From positions 1 through 64,000 of the forward strand of contig CAVPRW010000047.1 of NCBI GenBank assembly GCA_963707985.1: a DNA stretch of 64,000 nt, read 5' to 3'. Below the pieces are notes generated by a model, which was given only the letters and a program-made list of their open reading frames with translations, did no database searches and was not told where the DNA came from. Each line of letters opens with the position of its first letter. Position 1 is the first letter of the stretch. The stretch is from an uncultured Nitrospinota bacterium (GTDB lineage Bacteria; Tectomicrobia; Entotheonellia; J063; CAVPRW01). Of the stretch, positions 53,430 through 63,660 are shown piece by piece. The position numbers were made by a program, and so were the translations under genes.

Positions 53430-54830
53430 ATGGCAGAAAACAACGGCCACCCTCGGACCGGAGAAACCATACAAAATGTTGGCGATGAGAACATCCAGAG
53501 CCAGAGCGCGGAGCAAACCCGACCAGCGGCTCCTCGACCGGTGTTGTCAGTCGTGGATGCTGTGGCCTTAATTGTTGGGGTGGTCGTTGGGGCTGGAATC
53601 TTCAAAACCCCGGCCCTGGTGGCCACGCATGCGGGTGGTGCAGAATTGTTTCTGTTCGCCTGGCTGGTCGGGGGGGTGATCTCTTTGATCGGCGCGCTTT
53701 GCTATGCTGAGTTGGCCACCGCCTATCCCAACACCGGGGGAGATTATCACTACCTGAGACGCGCTTTCGGATACGACATGGCGTTCCTGTTCGCCTGGGC
53801 CCGTCTGACGGTGCTGCAAACCGGCTCCATTGCCATGCTCGGCTTCGTGTTTGGCGACTATGCCCTGGAATTACTGCCCATAGGGCAAGGCGGCGCGGCG
53901 CTCTATGCGGCACTGGCCATCACGTTCGTGACCCTGCTCAACCTCTTAGGGGTCCAACAAGGCAAGACGGCACAGAAGATACTCACGACAGCCAAGATCC
54001 TGGGGGTGTTGTCGATCGTCGTCGCCGGGCTCATCATTGCCCCGCCACCCGCCCCCGACATCCAGGCACATGAGCCCACACGAGCGGCGTTTGGGCTGGC
54101 GATGATCTTCGTCCTGCTGACGTATGGCGGCTGGAATGAGGCCGCCTATATCTCAGGGGAGGTGCGAAATGCCCGGCGGAATATGGTATGGTCCTTACTC
54201 TGGGGTATCTTGATGATCGCCACCATCTTCATCCTGGCCAACCTCGCGTATCTGAAGGGCTTAGGCTTGAGGGCCATGAGCGAGTCGGATATCGTTGCGG
54301 CAGACGTGATGCGGCGCGTCGCGGGACAGGCAGGGGCGACTTTCGTCAGCATGCTCATCGCCATCGCGGCGCTGGGGTCCATGAATGCTACCACGTTTAC
54401 GGGTGCGCGCTCGATCTACGCCCTCGGGCAAGATTACCGGCCGCTCAGTTTTCTCGGACACTGGCGGGGCCATCGCAATACGCCGGCAAATGCCCTTCTG
54501 CTGCAAGGCAGCATCGCCCTGCTGCTCGTGCTACTGGGCGCATGGGCGCGCCAGGGGTTTGTGACTATGGTCGAATATACGGCGCCGGTATTCTGGTTCT
54601 TTTTCTTGTTGGCGGGATTGTCGCTCTTTGTGCTACGTACGCAAGAACCTGAGAGGCCACGCCCATTTCGTGTCCCATGGTATCCACTGACGCCGTTGCT
54701 TTTCTGCATCACCTGCGTCTACATGTTGCACTCCAGCCTTGCCTACACCGGACCAGGCGCCGTGGTCGGCGTTGGGGTGTTATTGGCCGGTGTGCCATTG
54801 CTCTTCGTGGCTCGCTCTCAACATCGATGA
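53430..54830 (+). CDS. APC-family amino acid permease
   Basis: VGAGIFKTP, YAELATAYP..GG, YGGWNE, RPFRVP. Confidence 0.92.
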   Translation: MAENNGHPRTGETIQNVGDENIQSQSAEQTRPAAPRPVLSVVDAVALIVGVVVGAGIFKTPALVATHAGGAELFLFAWLVGGVISLIGALCYAELATAYPNTGGDYHYLRRAFGYDMAFLFAWARLTVLQTGSIAMLGFVFGDYALELLPIGQGGAALYAALAITFVTLLNLLGVQQGKTAQKILTTAKILGVLSIVVAGLIIAPPPAPDIQAHEPTRAAFGLAMIFVLLTYGGWNEAAYISGEVRNARRNMVWSLLWGILMIATIFILANLAYLKGLGLRAMSESDIVAADVMRRVAGQAGATFVSMLIAIAALGSMNATTFTGARSIYALGQDYRPLSFLGHWRGHRNTPANALLLQGSIALLLVLLGAWARQGFVTMVEYTAPVFWFFFLLAGLSLFVLRTQEPERPRPFRVPWYPLTPLLFCITCVYMLHSSLAYTGPGAVVGVGVLLAGVPLLFVARSQHR

Positions 54831-54855
54831 ATGCACTGGAAGAGAGGAACAGGTT

Positions 54856-55737
54856 ATGCGAAAGCCATTGCAGCCGTGGGTCCTACCCCTCTGTGTCGTC
54901 CTGGCCATCGTCGGCGTTTGGTGGAGCGGTTATGCGCAAACGCGAGGACCCGATGTGCAATATGTGCCAACCCCCGAGAACGTCGTGGACGAGATGCTAC
55001 GGCTCACCGGCGTGACGAAGGATGATGTGGTCTATGACCTCGGCTGTGGCGATGGCCGACTGGTGATCACTGCCGCTCAACGCTTTGGCGCGCGCGGGGT
55101 GGGCATCGATATCGATCCGCAACGGATCAGCGAAAGCCGCGAGAATGCACGCCAGGCTGGTGTCACCGAGCGCGTGCGGTTCCTGGAACAAGACCTCTTT
55201 GAGGCTGATATTCGCCAGGCCACGGTGGTCACCCTCTACCTTCTCCCGAGGCTCAATGTTCAACTCCGCCCCAAGCTCTTACACGATCTGCAGCCTGGCA
55301 CCCGCATCGTCTCGCATGATTTCGATATGGCGGAGTGGCAACCCGATCAGACCGTACAGATTCCAGGGGCGTCGCGGTCGCATACGGTATACTACTGGGT
55401 GATCCCAGCCAATGTCAGCGGGGCATGGCACGTGCACGTGCCCGCCGGTGTGGGAGAGCGACGCTATGAGTTGCGGTTACAACAAGAGTTCCAGGTGGTG
55501 CGTGGCACCATTGGCACGGAAGGCCATGACGTCCCGATCACCGATGCGACCCTCGTGGGTGACCGTCTCCGCTTCCTTGCGAGCCCTGGCGGACAGGGCC
55601 AAATGTCTTTCGATGGGCGTGTCGACGCCAACCTGATGCACGGTCGCGTGGAGATCCACGGGGGGGCATTCGCGGGTCAGCATGACTGGGCGGCGCAGCG
55701 CGAGGCGGCAGGTGCCGATAGCGCGCAGCCGCGTTGA
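54856..55737 (+). CDS. Class I SAM methyltransferase with signal-like N-terminus
   Basis: DVQYVPTP, YDLGCGDGR, ATVVTLYLLP, GTRIVSHDF. Confidence 0.88.
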   Translation: MRKPLQPWVLPLCVVLAIVGVWWSGYAQTRGPDVQYVPTPENVVDEMLRLTGVTKDDVVYDLGCGDGRLVITAAQRFGARGVGIDIDPQRISESRENARQAGVTERVRFLEQDLFEADIRQATVVTLYLLPRLNVQLRPKLLHDLQPGTRIVSHDFDMAEWQPDQTVQIPGASRSHTVYYWVIPANVSGAWHVHVPAGVGERRYELRLQQEFQVVRGTIGTEGHDVPITDATLVGDRLRFLASPGGQGQMSFDGRVDANLMHGRVEIHGGAFAGQHDWAAQREAAGADSAQPR

Positions 55738-55802
55738 ACTGTCTTCAGACGGCATGACGGAGACGCCGTTACGGCATCTCACCCTGCCCGCAAAGCGATC
55801 GA

Positions 55803-57212
55803 CTATCGCCTGTCCCCCGCACTGGGGTCAGCAAAGTGTGGTGCAGACATCCCCCCCTGGCGTACGCGCTCCTCGATCCGGTACTCTTTGAGCTTGCGCC
55901 ACAAGCTGGTGCGGCCGATGGCAAGAGCCTCCGCGGCACGTGAATGGCTCCATCCGAAGCGCTCGAGGGTCTGTAGGATGTGGAGTCGTTCCACCTCGGC
56001 TAACGTGAGCGCCTGCGGCAGAGATGGGGCTCCCCCCAAAGGCGTACCTGCGACAATGTGCGGGGGGAGATCGTCAGCAGCAATGACGTCGTGCTGGGCG
56101 AGAATCGCTGTGCGCTCCATGGCGTTCTCCAACTCCCGGACGTTGCCCGGCCAGGAGTAGTGGAGCAGCTTGGCGACAGCGTCTGCCGATAAGCGCAAGG
56201 GTCGACCCTGCTTCTGGCTGTTTTGCCTCAGGAAATGTTCTGCCAGGGCGGGGATGTCTTCGCGTCGCTCGCGCAGGGGTGGCAGGACAACAGGGATGAC
56301 GTTGAGTCGATAGAAGAGGTCTTCGCGGAATTTTCCCTGTTGCATGAGTTGCCCCAGATCACGGTTGGTTGCCGCCAACACCCGCACGTCTACAGTAGTC
56401 GACTGGTTGGACCCAAGCGGCCGCACTTCGCCTTCCTGCAAAGCTCTGAGGAACTTGACCTGTAACGTGGTTGGCATCTCCCCGATTTCATCGAGAAAAA
56501 ATGTGCCGGCGTGCGCCTCCTCAAAGAGGCCCTTTTTGTGCGCCGTTGCTCCGGTGAAGGCACCCTTGACGTGTCCGAAAATTTCCGATTCCAGCAATGG
56601 TTCCGGCAATGCGCCGCAGTTGACGGCCACGAAGGACTTGCCGGCACGAGGACTGCTGTGGTGAATGACTTTGGCGATGACTTCCTTGCCCGTGCCCGAC
56701 TCCCCTTGAATCAGGACGGTGGCGTCGGTCGGCGCGACACGTAGCACCAGATCCAACACGGTCTGCATTTCTTTAGATTGAGCGATAAGTCCCGGCAGGC
56801 TGTAACGCTCTTGAACCTGACGCCGAAGATTTTCGTTTTCATGGCGTAAGCCTTTTTCCTCCAAGGCCTTGTCGATTCGATGCAGGAATTCATCAGGCTC
56901 CTTGCCCTTCTCGAAATAGTCGTAGGCTCCGAGGCGCATGGCCTCCTTAGCGGACTCCCAACCGGCATAGGCGGTTAGCAATATGACCATCACCGTAGGG
57001 CAGTGGGCTTTCGCCATACGTAAGACCTCGAGGCCATCGCCGTCGGGCATGCGCAAATCGGTAACCACCAGGTCGAAGGCGCTTTCGGCCAGGACCTTTG
57101 CCGCGACCCGAACACCTTCGGCTTGAATCACGTGGTGGCCCCGCTTGCGCAACAGGAGCGCGAGAGTCATGCGTGCTGAGGGCTCATCGTCGACGATGAG
57201 GAGATTGGCCAT
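55803..57212 (-). CDS. NtrC/AtoC-family sigma54 response regulator
   Basis: Receiver domain, GESGTGKE, GAFTGA, WPGNVREL, HTH. Confidence 0.95.
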   Translation of the reverse strand: MANLLIVDDEPSARMTLALLLRKRGHHVIQAEGVRVAAKVLAESAFDLVVTDLRMPDGDGLEVLRMAKAHCPTVMVILLTAYAGWESAKEAMRLGAYDYFEKGKEPDEFLHRIDKALEEKGLRHENENLRRQVQERYSLPGLIAQSKEMQTVLDLVLRVAPTDATVLIQGESGTGKEVIAKVIHHSSPRAGKSFVAVNCGALPEPLLESEIFGHVKGAFTGATAHKKGLFEEAHAGTFFLDEIGEMPTTLQVKFLRALQEGEVRPLGSNQSTTVDVRVLAATNRDLGQLMQQGKFREDLFYRLNVIPVVLPPLRERREDIPALAEHFLRQNSQKQGRPLRLSADAVAKLLHYSWPGNVRELENAMERTAILAQHDVIAADDLPPHIVAGTPLGGAPSLPQALTLAEVERLHILQTLERFGWSHSRAAEALAIGRTSLWRKLKEYRIEERVRQGGMSAPHFADPSAGDRR

Positions 57213-57215
57213 GAT

Positions 57216-58874
57216 TTACTCCTCCACCAATGGCAGACGGATGGTAAAGCGACTGCCGTGTTCCGGTACCGATTCCACATCGATGCGTCCCCCATGGGCG
57301 GTAACGATGCGTTGGGCGATGGCCAGGCCGAGGCCGGTGCCACCCTGTTTCTTCGAAATGAACGGTTGGAAGATACGCCGCTGTTCGTCGGCGGCGATGC
57401 CAGGTCCTGTATCCGCCACGCTGATCAACACCTCGTCGTTGCGGCGCCCGACCTCCAGGGTGAGGTGGCCGCGGCCGTGCATGGCCTCAACCCCGTTGCG
57501 GGCGATGTTCCAGAGGACTTGCGTTAATTGGTCAGCATCGAACGGGAACTGCGGAATCGTCGGGTCGACCCGCAAGTCTAATTGCACGCCAGCACGTCCA
57601 TTGCGATCTTCTTGCAGGAGGGCCGACACATGCTCGACCACCTTGCCGATATCACCCGTCTGCCGCGTAGGCAGACGGGGCCTGGCGAACAGCAAAAAGT
57701 CGGAGAGTGTGGTGTTGAGGCGACGCGCTTCCGTCTTCACCGCTTCGAGGATACTCGCCCGTTCTCCGGCCGTGAGTGTTGCTTCTTCCTCGAGCAGCGT
57801 CGCAGCGTTCAGGATGGCCGCCAATGGATTGCGGATCTCGTGCGCCAGGCCAGCGGCGAGCTCCCCCACAGCCGCCATGCGCTCCACTTCGCCCAGTCGC
57901 TGACGCAGGCGCTCCTGCTCGGTGATATCGCTGACAAGCTCCAGGAGCAAGATCTGCCCATCCGCCTGGCGCACCGGCGAGCAGGTCAGCAGGAAGCGTC
58001 GGTTGTCTGGTCCGAGGATTTCCACGCGGGTCGGTAAATCCATGGCATCCCGACGCGCCAAGGGGCAACCGGTACACTGGCGATTATTGGCGGTGAGCAC
58101 TTCGTAGCAGCGCCGTCCGACCACGAGGCCGAATTGCTCCGACATCCAGCGATTGGCATGCCGAATGGTAAAATCGTCGTCGACGAGCTCCAGCCCCTCC
58201 CCCAGGCCATCCACTAACCGCTCATTGAATTCCTTCAGCGACGCCACCTCGCCCCTGGCACGCTCCAGGACTAGAATGATGATCGCGAACACGGACAGGA
58301 AGTAAAAGAGCGTTAAGGCCGTGTTGAGAATCACATAGGCCATACTGTCGGGGAGTACATCGATGAAACCCGTGGCCATGCGACTCAACCCCCAGAGGGC
58401 AAACGAGATCGACAAAAATCGACGGCCGCGGGGGGAGGTGACGGTCGAACGCCATGGCCAAAACGCCATACCTGCGGCAATCAGTACACTACCGCCAACA
58501 ACTCGCCGTGATAACGGCATCTCGAGGCCAATCTCCGATGACATGCTCAGCAGACAGGAGACTATGGCATAGGCCACGCCCAGCCCGGCGTGGTACCAAC
58601 GAATGCGATAATCCCACCGAAACGACAGGCCCGCCGCCAGGATCAAGAGGTCACCAGTACTCCCAGCTGCGTTCAAAAGAGGGATCAGCCCATCCGCCGC
58701 GGGGAAAAAATGCTGAATGATGTACGAGCCCTTCGACACCACGAATAGACCCCAGGCCCAGACCAGATACCTGAAAAAGCGCTCCCGATTGCCGGAATAG
58801 AGATAGACGAGGGTCAAGAGCTGGAGATAGAGCGCCATCGTGGTAATAAATTTCAGCGTAATCGCGACTGCCAT
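57216..58874 (-). CDS. Membrane sensor histidine kinase with PAS domain (start uncertain)
   Basis: Multiple TM segments, AHEIRNPL, DTGPGI, GTGLGL. Confidence 0.9.
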   Translation of the reverse strand: MAVAITLKFITTMALYLQLLTLVYLYSGNRERFFRYLVWAWGLFVVSKGSYIIQHFFPAADGLIPLLNAAGSTGDLLILAAGLSFRWDYRIRWYHAGLGVAYAIVSCLLSMSSEIGLEMPLSRRVVGGSVLIAAGMAFWPWRSTVTSPRGRRFLSISFALWGLSRMATGFIDVLPDSMAYVILNTALTLFYFLSVFAIIILVLERARGEVASLKEFNERLVDGLGEGLELVDDDFTIRHANRWMSEQFGLVVGRRCYEVLTANNRQCTGCPLARRDAMDLPTRVEILGPDNRRFLLTCSPVRQADGQILLLELVSDITEQERLRQRLGEVERMAAVGELAAGLAHEIRNPLAAILNAATLLEEEATLTAGERASILEAVKTEARRLNTTLSDFLLFARPRLPTRQTGDIGKVVEHVSALLQEDRNGRAGVQLDLRVDPTIPQFPFDADQLTQVLWNIARNGVEAMHGRGHLTLEVGRRNDEVLISVADTGPGIAADEQRRIFQPFISKKQGGTGLGLAIAQRIVTAHGGRIDVESVPEHGSRFTIRLPLVEE

Positions 58875-59125
58875 AGTATCCCTTCCTGGCGTCATGCTAT
58901 GCGCACATGACGTCGGGGTCACCCGTGACTTCTCGTCCGGAAGCCGTCTGCGCGATGACTGGCCGGCTGATTCATGGGAAACCGCACGCCATCGATGCGA
59001 GATCTCGAGCATACGTATCTTTGGTCATGTTGGTTATGTAAGTAATTTAATACAAAACGCAAGTCTTGTGCCAGGAGCACAAGGCCATTTTACGTGTACG
59101 TCATACACGGGCAACAAGCTGGTCC

Positions 59126-59160
59126 GTTTCAGCTTGGACCAGTGCGTTCCATTCTGGAAC
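59126..59160. promoter_or_regulatory. Paired palindromic activator sites
   Basis: GTTCCA-TTC-TGGAAC (59146) and degenerate GTTTCA-GCT-TGGACC (59126). Confidence 0.55.
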
Positions 59161-59226
59161 AACTCCCCAGGGTCTCCACGGTCGTTCCCTGCAGCTTGCC
59201 CGGCCACTCCCGGCCTCTACCGCATC

Positions 59227-59241
59227 TGGCATGGGAGTTGC
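59227..59241 (+). promoter_or_regulatory. Sigma54 -24/-12 promoter
   Basis: TGGCAT-GGGAG-TTGC. Confidence 0.75.
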
Positions 59242-59552
59242 GTTGCAAATGGAGGCAGTATGTGACCATGGGTCTGCTGGCAGCAGCATGTCGGCTCAGT
59301 CGATGCTACCCAGACAACATGACACAAGTAGGAAAACCAGCAGCCCCACCTCGGGGCGTTCATATAAGATACGGCAGTGGGAAAAACATCTCGTGAAACG
59401 GGTGTAGGAAGCACGTATGGATGCGTGCGAATAAACGGCACGACCGCGAGTAGCAATCTCTACCGTGGTCCTTGGTGATAGGTGCCCTGCGGGTACGGCT
59501 CGCCCTGCGTGGCGATGGAACCGCTGCGGCACCAGGAACAGGAGAAAGACAC

Positions 59553-59972
59553 ATGCGATGGAAGCAGATACGCGATGCCCTGATGGGGTTTGGGGTTGCA
59601 GCCTTGCTCACGGTCGGCGGGAGCGTATGGGGTGTGGCGAACGCTGCTCCTCAGGCGCAACCCCAGTCGTATACCGGGCAGATTAGGGAGATTAACATCG
59701 ACCAATGTGGCCTTGAACCGGGATCATGTTCCGGCTCCCTGGTATTGGCGCAAGCCAGGGGCCAGGAGGTCGATCTCGCTATTCCGGTGGGGACCACAAT
59801 TCAACGTGGAAATCAACGCGTGCACATCGAAGAGTTAGGGGTCGGGAATTATGTTATGGTCCAGGCTGCCCCCCTCTCTCCCATACAACAGGGGAATGGC
59901 CGCGATTGGACCTGGAACAAATTTGACGCATACGAGCGGAGTCCGATCAACAGCGGCACCCAAGGGGATTGA
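59553..59972 (+). CDS. Small secreted protein, possible OB-fold
   Basis: AGGAG RBS, signal peptide, YTGQIREI...TTIQRGNQRVHIEELGVGNYVMV. Confidence 0.65.
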   Translation: MRWKQIRDALMGFGVAALLTVGGSVWGVANAAPQAQPQSYTGQIREINIDQCGLEPGSCSGSLVLAQARGQEVDLAIPVGTTIQRGNQRVHIEELGVGNYVMVQAAPLSPIQQGNGRDWTWNKFDAYERSPINSGTQGD

Positions 59973-60468
59973 GCCAGTCTTGCACCCCACCAACGGGCTT
60001 GACTTTGCCGGGGGCCCCTAGGCTCCCGGCTGTCCCCCGCCCCGAAAGTAAGCGCTACACTGGCTTCCAGGATGCCCATGAGGGGTAAGCCCGTGTGCAG
60101 GCTTTTGTCGGCAACCTTCTAACGACTTCAGTGCGACCAACAGGCTCCGGGTATCTCTCCCGGAGCCAACCTCTTTCGGCATCCCGTTTATCGCATCACT
60201 GCTCAGCCTTCGCAGCCACGCATCCCCCTCCTCGGCCCTTCACGTTCCCCCCGCAGCAATTCAACCAGAGCCACGTCCGGTCAGACCGAGGGGCAAAGCC
60301 TCGGCGTCCCGTGCGTCGATTACCACGTCAGCGTCTCGGTCCGTGTGGTAAAATACAGGCGTTGAGGAGCTTTAAACACGTAGTCAAACGGGCCCATCCT
60401 GATTTCCATCGATTTTGCTGAGCTCTCTTTGCTGGGGGATTGTCTTGCAGATCGGCTGGATACAGGGC

Positions 60469-61980
60469 GTGCAGCGCTGGCCAATTACGAGCCTGCAGAC
60501 GAAGGTGACCCTGCTGGTCATTGGCATTGTCGCCGGTGTCCTCGCCCTCTCAACCTTTCTCAATATCAGGGTCTCGGAACACGCCTTAGAGCAGGACCTC
60601 CGGACGAATGCCATCGCCTTGGCGCGGCAGTTTGCAGCTGGTATTGGCTCGCGGGAGGAGTTAAATAATCCAACAACGCTCCAGGTCGACATTGCCCAAG
60701 TCATGGAAGACCGTCCTAGTATTCTGGGGGTGGAGGTCTATGTCATGGCTGATGGCGTGCCGCACTTCGTCACCTCTCTCGATGCAGAGGTCCAGACCAA
60801 CCCTGCTCCGGAGGTTTTCCAGGTAGCCCAGGACAATCATCCCATGGCGGTGCAACGGCAGGGACGAACAGGTCGCCAATGGGATGCTATCGTGCCCGTG
60901 CACCTGAACGGCAGCTTCGCGGGAGTGGTTCGGCTCCAGCTCAGCCTGCGAGAGGCCGATCGCCTCGCTGGTCGAGAGCGGCGCCAGGCCGTGCTCATCA
61001 TGGGGGCCTCGACAGTGGCCATCGTCCTCTTGATGAGCATCTTTCTCCAGCAGACGTTACACCGGCGGCTCCAGAACCTGATCACCACGATGGCCAAGAC
61101 TGAAGCAGGGGATCTCGCCGGAGAAGCCAGCAGCCATACCAAGGATGAACTCGGGCGATTGGCCGACAGCTTCAATCGCATGCTCTACCGGATTCGCAAC
61201 TTCAACAGTGAGCTCCAGGAAAAAGTGGCTCAGGCCACCGCCGAATTACGTGACCTGAATGGGAAGCTCTACGAGGCCCGGCGGGAGATGGGCCGCCTTG
61301 AGCGGCTAGCCGCCGTGGGGGAGGTGGCCGCGATGGTCGCGCATGAGGTCGGGACTCCGTTGACCTCAGTCTCAGGACACCTCCAACTGCTGGCTGAAGA
61401 GGTCCAGGAGCCACGTGTCAAGGAGCGGCTGAGTGTGATCGAGAGGCACATTGAACGCGCCATCACGACCATTCAGGAATTTCTGGATGCGGCTCGCTTC
61501 CCAGCACCGAACTGCCATCTGATCCAGGTCAATGCCTTGATTCATGAAGTGTTGGCCCTAGCCTCTGCGGGGATTCGCCGCCAGCGTGGGATTCAGGTGG
61601 TGACAGAGTTGAGCCCAGAGCTTCCGGAGGTCTTCGCAGATGGCAATCAGCTCCGCGAGGTCTTGCTCAACCTCGTAACAAATGCCCTCGACGCCATGCC
61701 AGAGGGTGGACAAGTGTCCATCCGCACACGACCTATTTATGCTGCGGAGGGGTTGGCATGCGTCCAGGTGCAAATCGCCGATACGGGGCTAGGCATTTCG
61801 CCGGCAGACCTGCACAGGGTCTTCGACCCCTTCTTCACCACCAAGGGGCCTGGACAGGGGACAGGGCTGGGACTTGCCGTCTGCCAGCGCATCGTCAAAG
61901 CTCACAAGGGGTCTATTGAGGTGCAGAGCGAGCAGGGACAAGGGACCATTGTTGTCGTGACTCTGCCCGGACGGGATTAA
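60469..61980 (+). CDS. HAMP-domain sensor histidine kinase (start uncertain)
   Basis: Two TMs, DELGRLADSFNRM, AHEVGTPL, NALDAM, GTGLGL. Confidence 0.92.
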   Translation: MQRWPITSLQTKVTLLVIGIVAGVLALSTFLNIRVSEHALEQDLRTNAIALARQFAAGIGSREELNNPTTLQVDIAQVMEDRPSILGVEVYVMADGVPHFVTSLDAEVQTNPAPEVFQVAQDNHPMAVQRQGRTGRQWDAIVPVHLNGSFAGVVRLQLSLREADRLAGRERRQAVLIMGASTVAIVLLMSIFLQQTLHRRLQNLITTMAKTEAGDLAGEASSHTKDELGRLADSFNRMLYRIRNFNSELQEKVAQATAELRDLNGKLYEARREMGRLERLAAVGEVAAMVAHEVGTPLTSVSGHLQLLAEEVQEPRVKERLSVIERHIERAITTIQEFLDAARFPAPNCHLIQVNALIHEVLALASAGIRRQRGIQVVTELSPELPEVFADGNQLREVLLNLVTNALDAMPEGGQVSIRTRPIYAAEGLACVQVQIADTGLGISPADLHRVFDPFFTTKGPGQGTGLGLAVCQRIVKAHKGSIEVQSEQGQGTIVVVTLPGRD

Positions 61981-61982
61981 AC

Positions 61983-63341
61983 ATGTCTGCCAACGCACAT
62001 GTCCTCCTCATCGACGACGATCTCGGGACCAGGGATCTTCTCAAAGAGGTTTTGCAGAAGGAAGGGTACACGATCGACGAGGCCAAAACCGGCCAGGAGG
62101 CCCTGACCCAGGCCCGAGCCTTCCCGTTCGATGTCGTCCTGGCCGATCTTCGGCTGCCGGATGTGGACGGGATCGAGGTCCTTCGCACCCTGCACGCCCT
62201 GGATTCCGACCTCCCGGTGATCGTCATGACGGCTTTCGGCAGCATGGAGACGGCCGTAGAGGCCATTCGTGATGGAGCGTATGATTACATCAGTAAGCCG
62301 TTCAATCTGACGGAGGTGCGTCTGACCGTCCGTCGGGCCTGCGAACGGCGTCACCTCCTGCAGGACAATCGTCGGTTCCAGCAGGCCCTGCAGGAGAAAT
62401 ATCGGTTCGAAAACATGGTGGGGACGAGCCCGAAGATGGTGGAAGTGTATCGGACCGTAGCCCGTGTCGCTTCAACCAGGAGCACCATTTTGCTTATTGG
62501 CGAGAGCGGAACCGGCAAGGAGCTCATCGCCCGGGCCATCCACTACAATAGCCTGAGAGGAAAGGCACCTTTCGTCGCCGTGGATTGTGGGGCGCTCCCC
62601 GAAGGCCTCCTCGAGAGCGAGCTGTTCGGGCATGAGAAAGGAGCGTTTACGGGGGCCCATGCCTTGAAGAAGGGGCTCTTTGAAGTCGCCCATGGAGGCA
62701 CCATATTCTTGGATGAGGTCGGAGACATTGGCCCAACCCTGCAGGCCAAACTTCTCCGGGTCCTCCAGGAGCACGAAGTCCGTCGTGTCGGTGGAGTCGG
62801 GTCGATTCAGATTGATATCCGCGTCATCGCAGCCACCCGTCAGGACCTCGAGGCCCTCGTGAAGAGCGGGAAATTTCGGGAAGACCTCTTCTATCGCTTA
62901 AGCGTGGTGACGATCATTCTGCCGCGACTCAGCGAGCGCAGGGAGGATATCCCCCTGTTGGCCCTGCATTTTCTGCGAAAATATGCCTCTGAGGCCGGTA
63001 AGGGACTTAGCCATATCGCTCCCGAAGCCGTCGCCCGTCTGTGCCAGTATAACTGGCCGGGGAACGTCCGCGAGTTGGAGCATGTCATCGAGCGGGCAGT
63101 AGCCCTCACCGCCGATCCCGTCCTCGTCGTTGAAGACCTTCCAACCAAGCTGCAGGAGCTGGCACAGACATCTGACGTCTTCCCATCGCTTGATGAGATG
63201 GAGAAGCGACACCTGCAGCTGGCCCTCGAAAAAGCCGCGGGCAACCGTCGCCAGGCCGCCATCCTCCTGGGTGTGAGTCGCCGTACCCTGTACCGGATGG
63301 CCAAACGACATGGGCTCATCTCGGATAACCTCCATGAGTGA
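61983..63341 (+). CDS. NtrC/AtoC-family sigma54 response regulator
   Basis: Receiver domain, GESGTGKE, GAFTGA, WPGNVREL, HTH. Confidence 0.95.
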   Translation: MSANAHVLLIDDDLGTRDLLKEVLQKEGYTIDEAKTGQEALTQARAFPFDVVLADLRLPDVDGIEVLRTLHALDSDLPVIVMTAFGSMETAVEAIRDGAYDYISKPFNLTEVRLTVRRACERRHLLQDNRRFQQALQEKYRFENMVGTSPKMVEVYRTVARVASTRSTILLIGESGTGKELIARAIHYNSLRGKAPFVAVDCGALPEGLLESELFGHEKGAFTGAHALKKGLFEVAHGGTIFLDEVGDIGPTLQAKLLRVLQEHEVRRVGGVGSIQIDIRVIAATRQDLEALVKSGKFREDLFYRLSVVTIILPRLSERREDIPLLALHFLRKYASEAGKGLSHIAPEAVARLCQYNWPGNVRELEHVIERAVALTADPVLVVEDLPTKLQELAQTSDVFPSLDEMEKRHLQLALEKAAGNRRQAAILLGVSRRTLYRMAKRHGLISDNLHE

Positions 63342-63554
63342 GCCAAAACGGTACATCCCCCGCCTATCTTGACACTTCGCTACGACCGCCCCTTATCCCA
63401 GCTTTTGCTCCGACACTCCTCGACCGGTGTGTCAGAAGCGCCCCTCGTCGATTGGCTACACTTTGCCAATCTATTATGACACTTCCCCGCTGAAGCGTAT
63501 TCTCACAGAGGGTTACCACGCTTCTGTTGGGATTATTTCCGTCCCCGTGTGACC

Positions 63555-63569
63555 CGGCATGGAAGTTGT
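63555..63569 (+). promoter_or_regulatory. Possible sigma54 promoter
   Basis: CGGCAT-GGAAG-TTGT (imperfect -12). Confidence 0.45.
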
Positions 63570-63660
63570 ACTAAAGATTCGTTAGCGAAGTGAGCGGAGA
63601 GAAAGGCGTGAGAGCTCAAGATTCGGCCTCCTCCCGCGCTCTCTAGTGGGAGGGTTGGAG

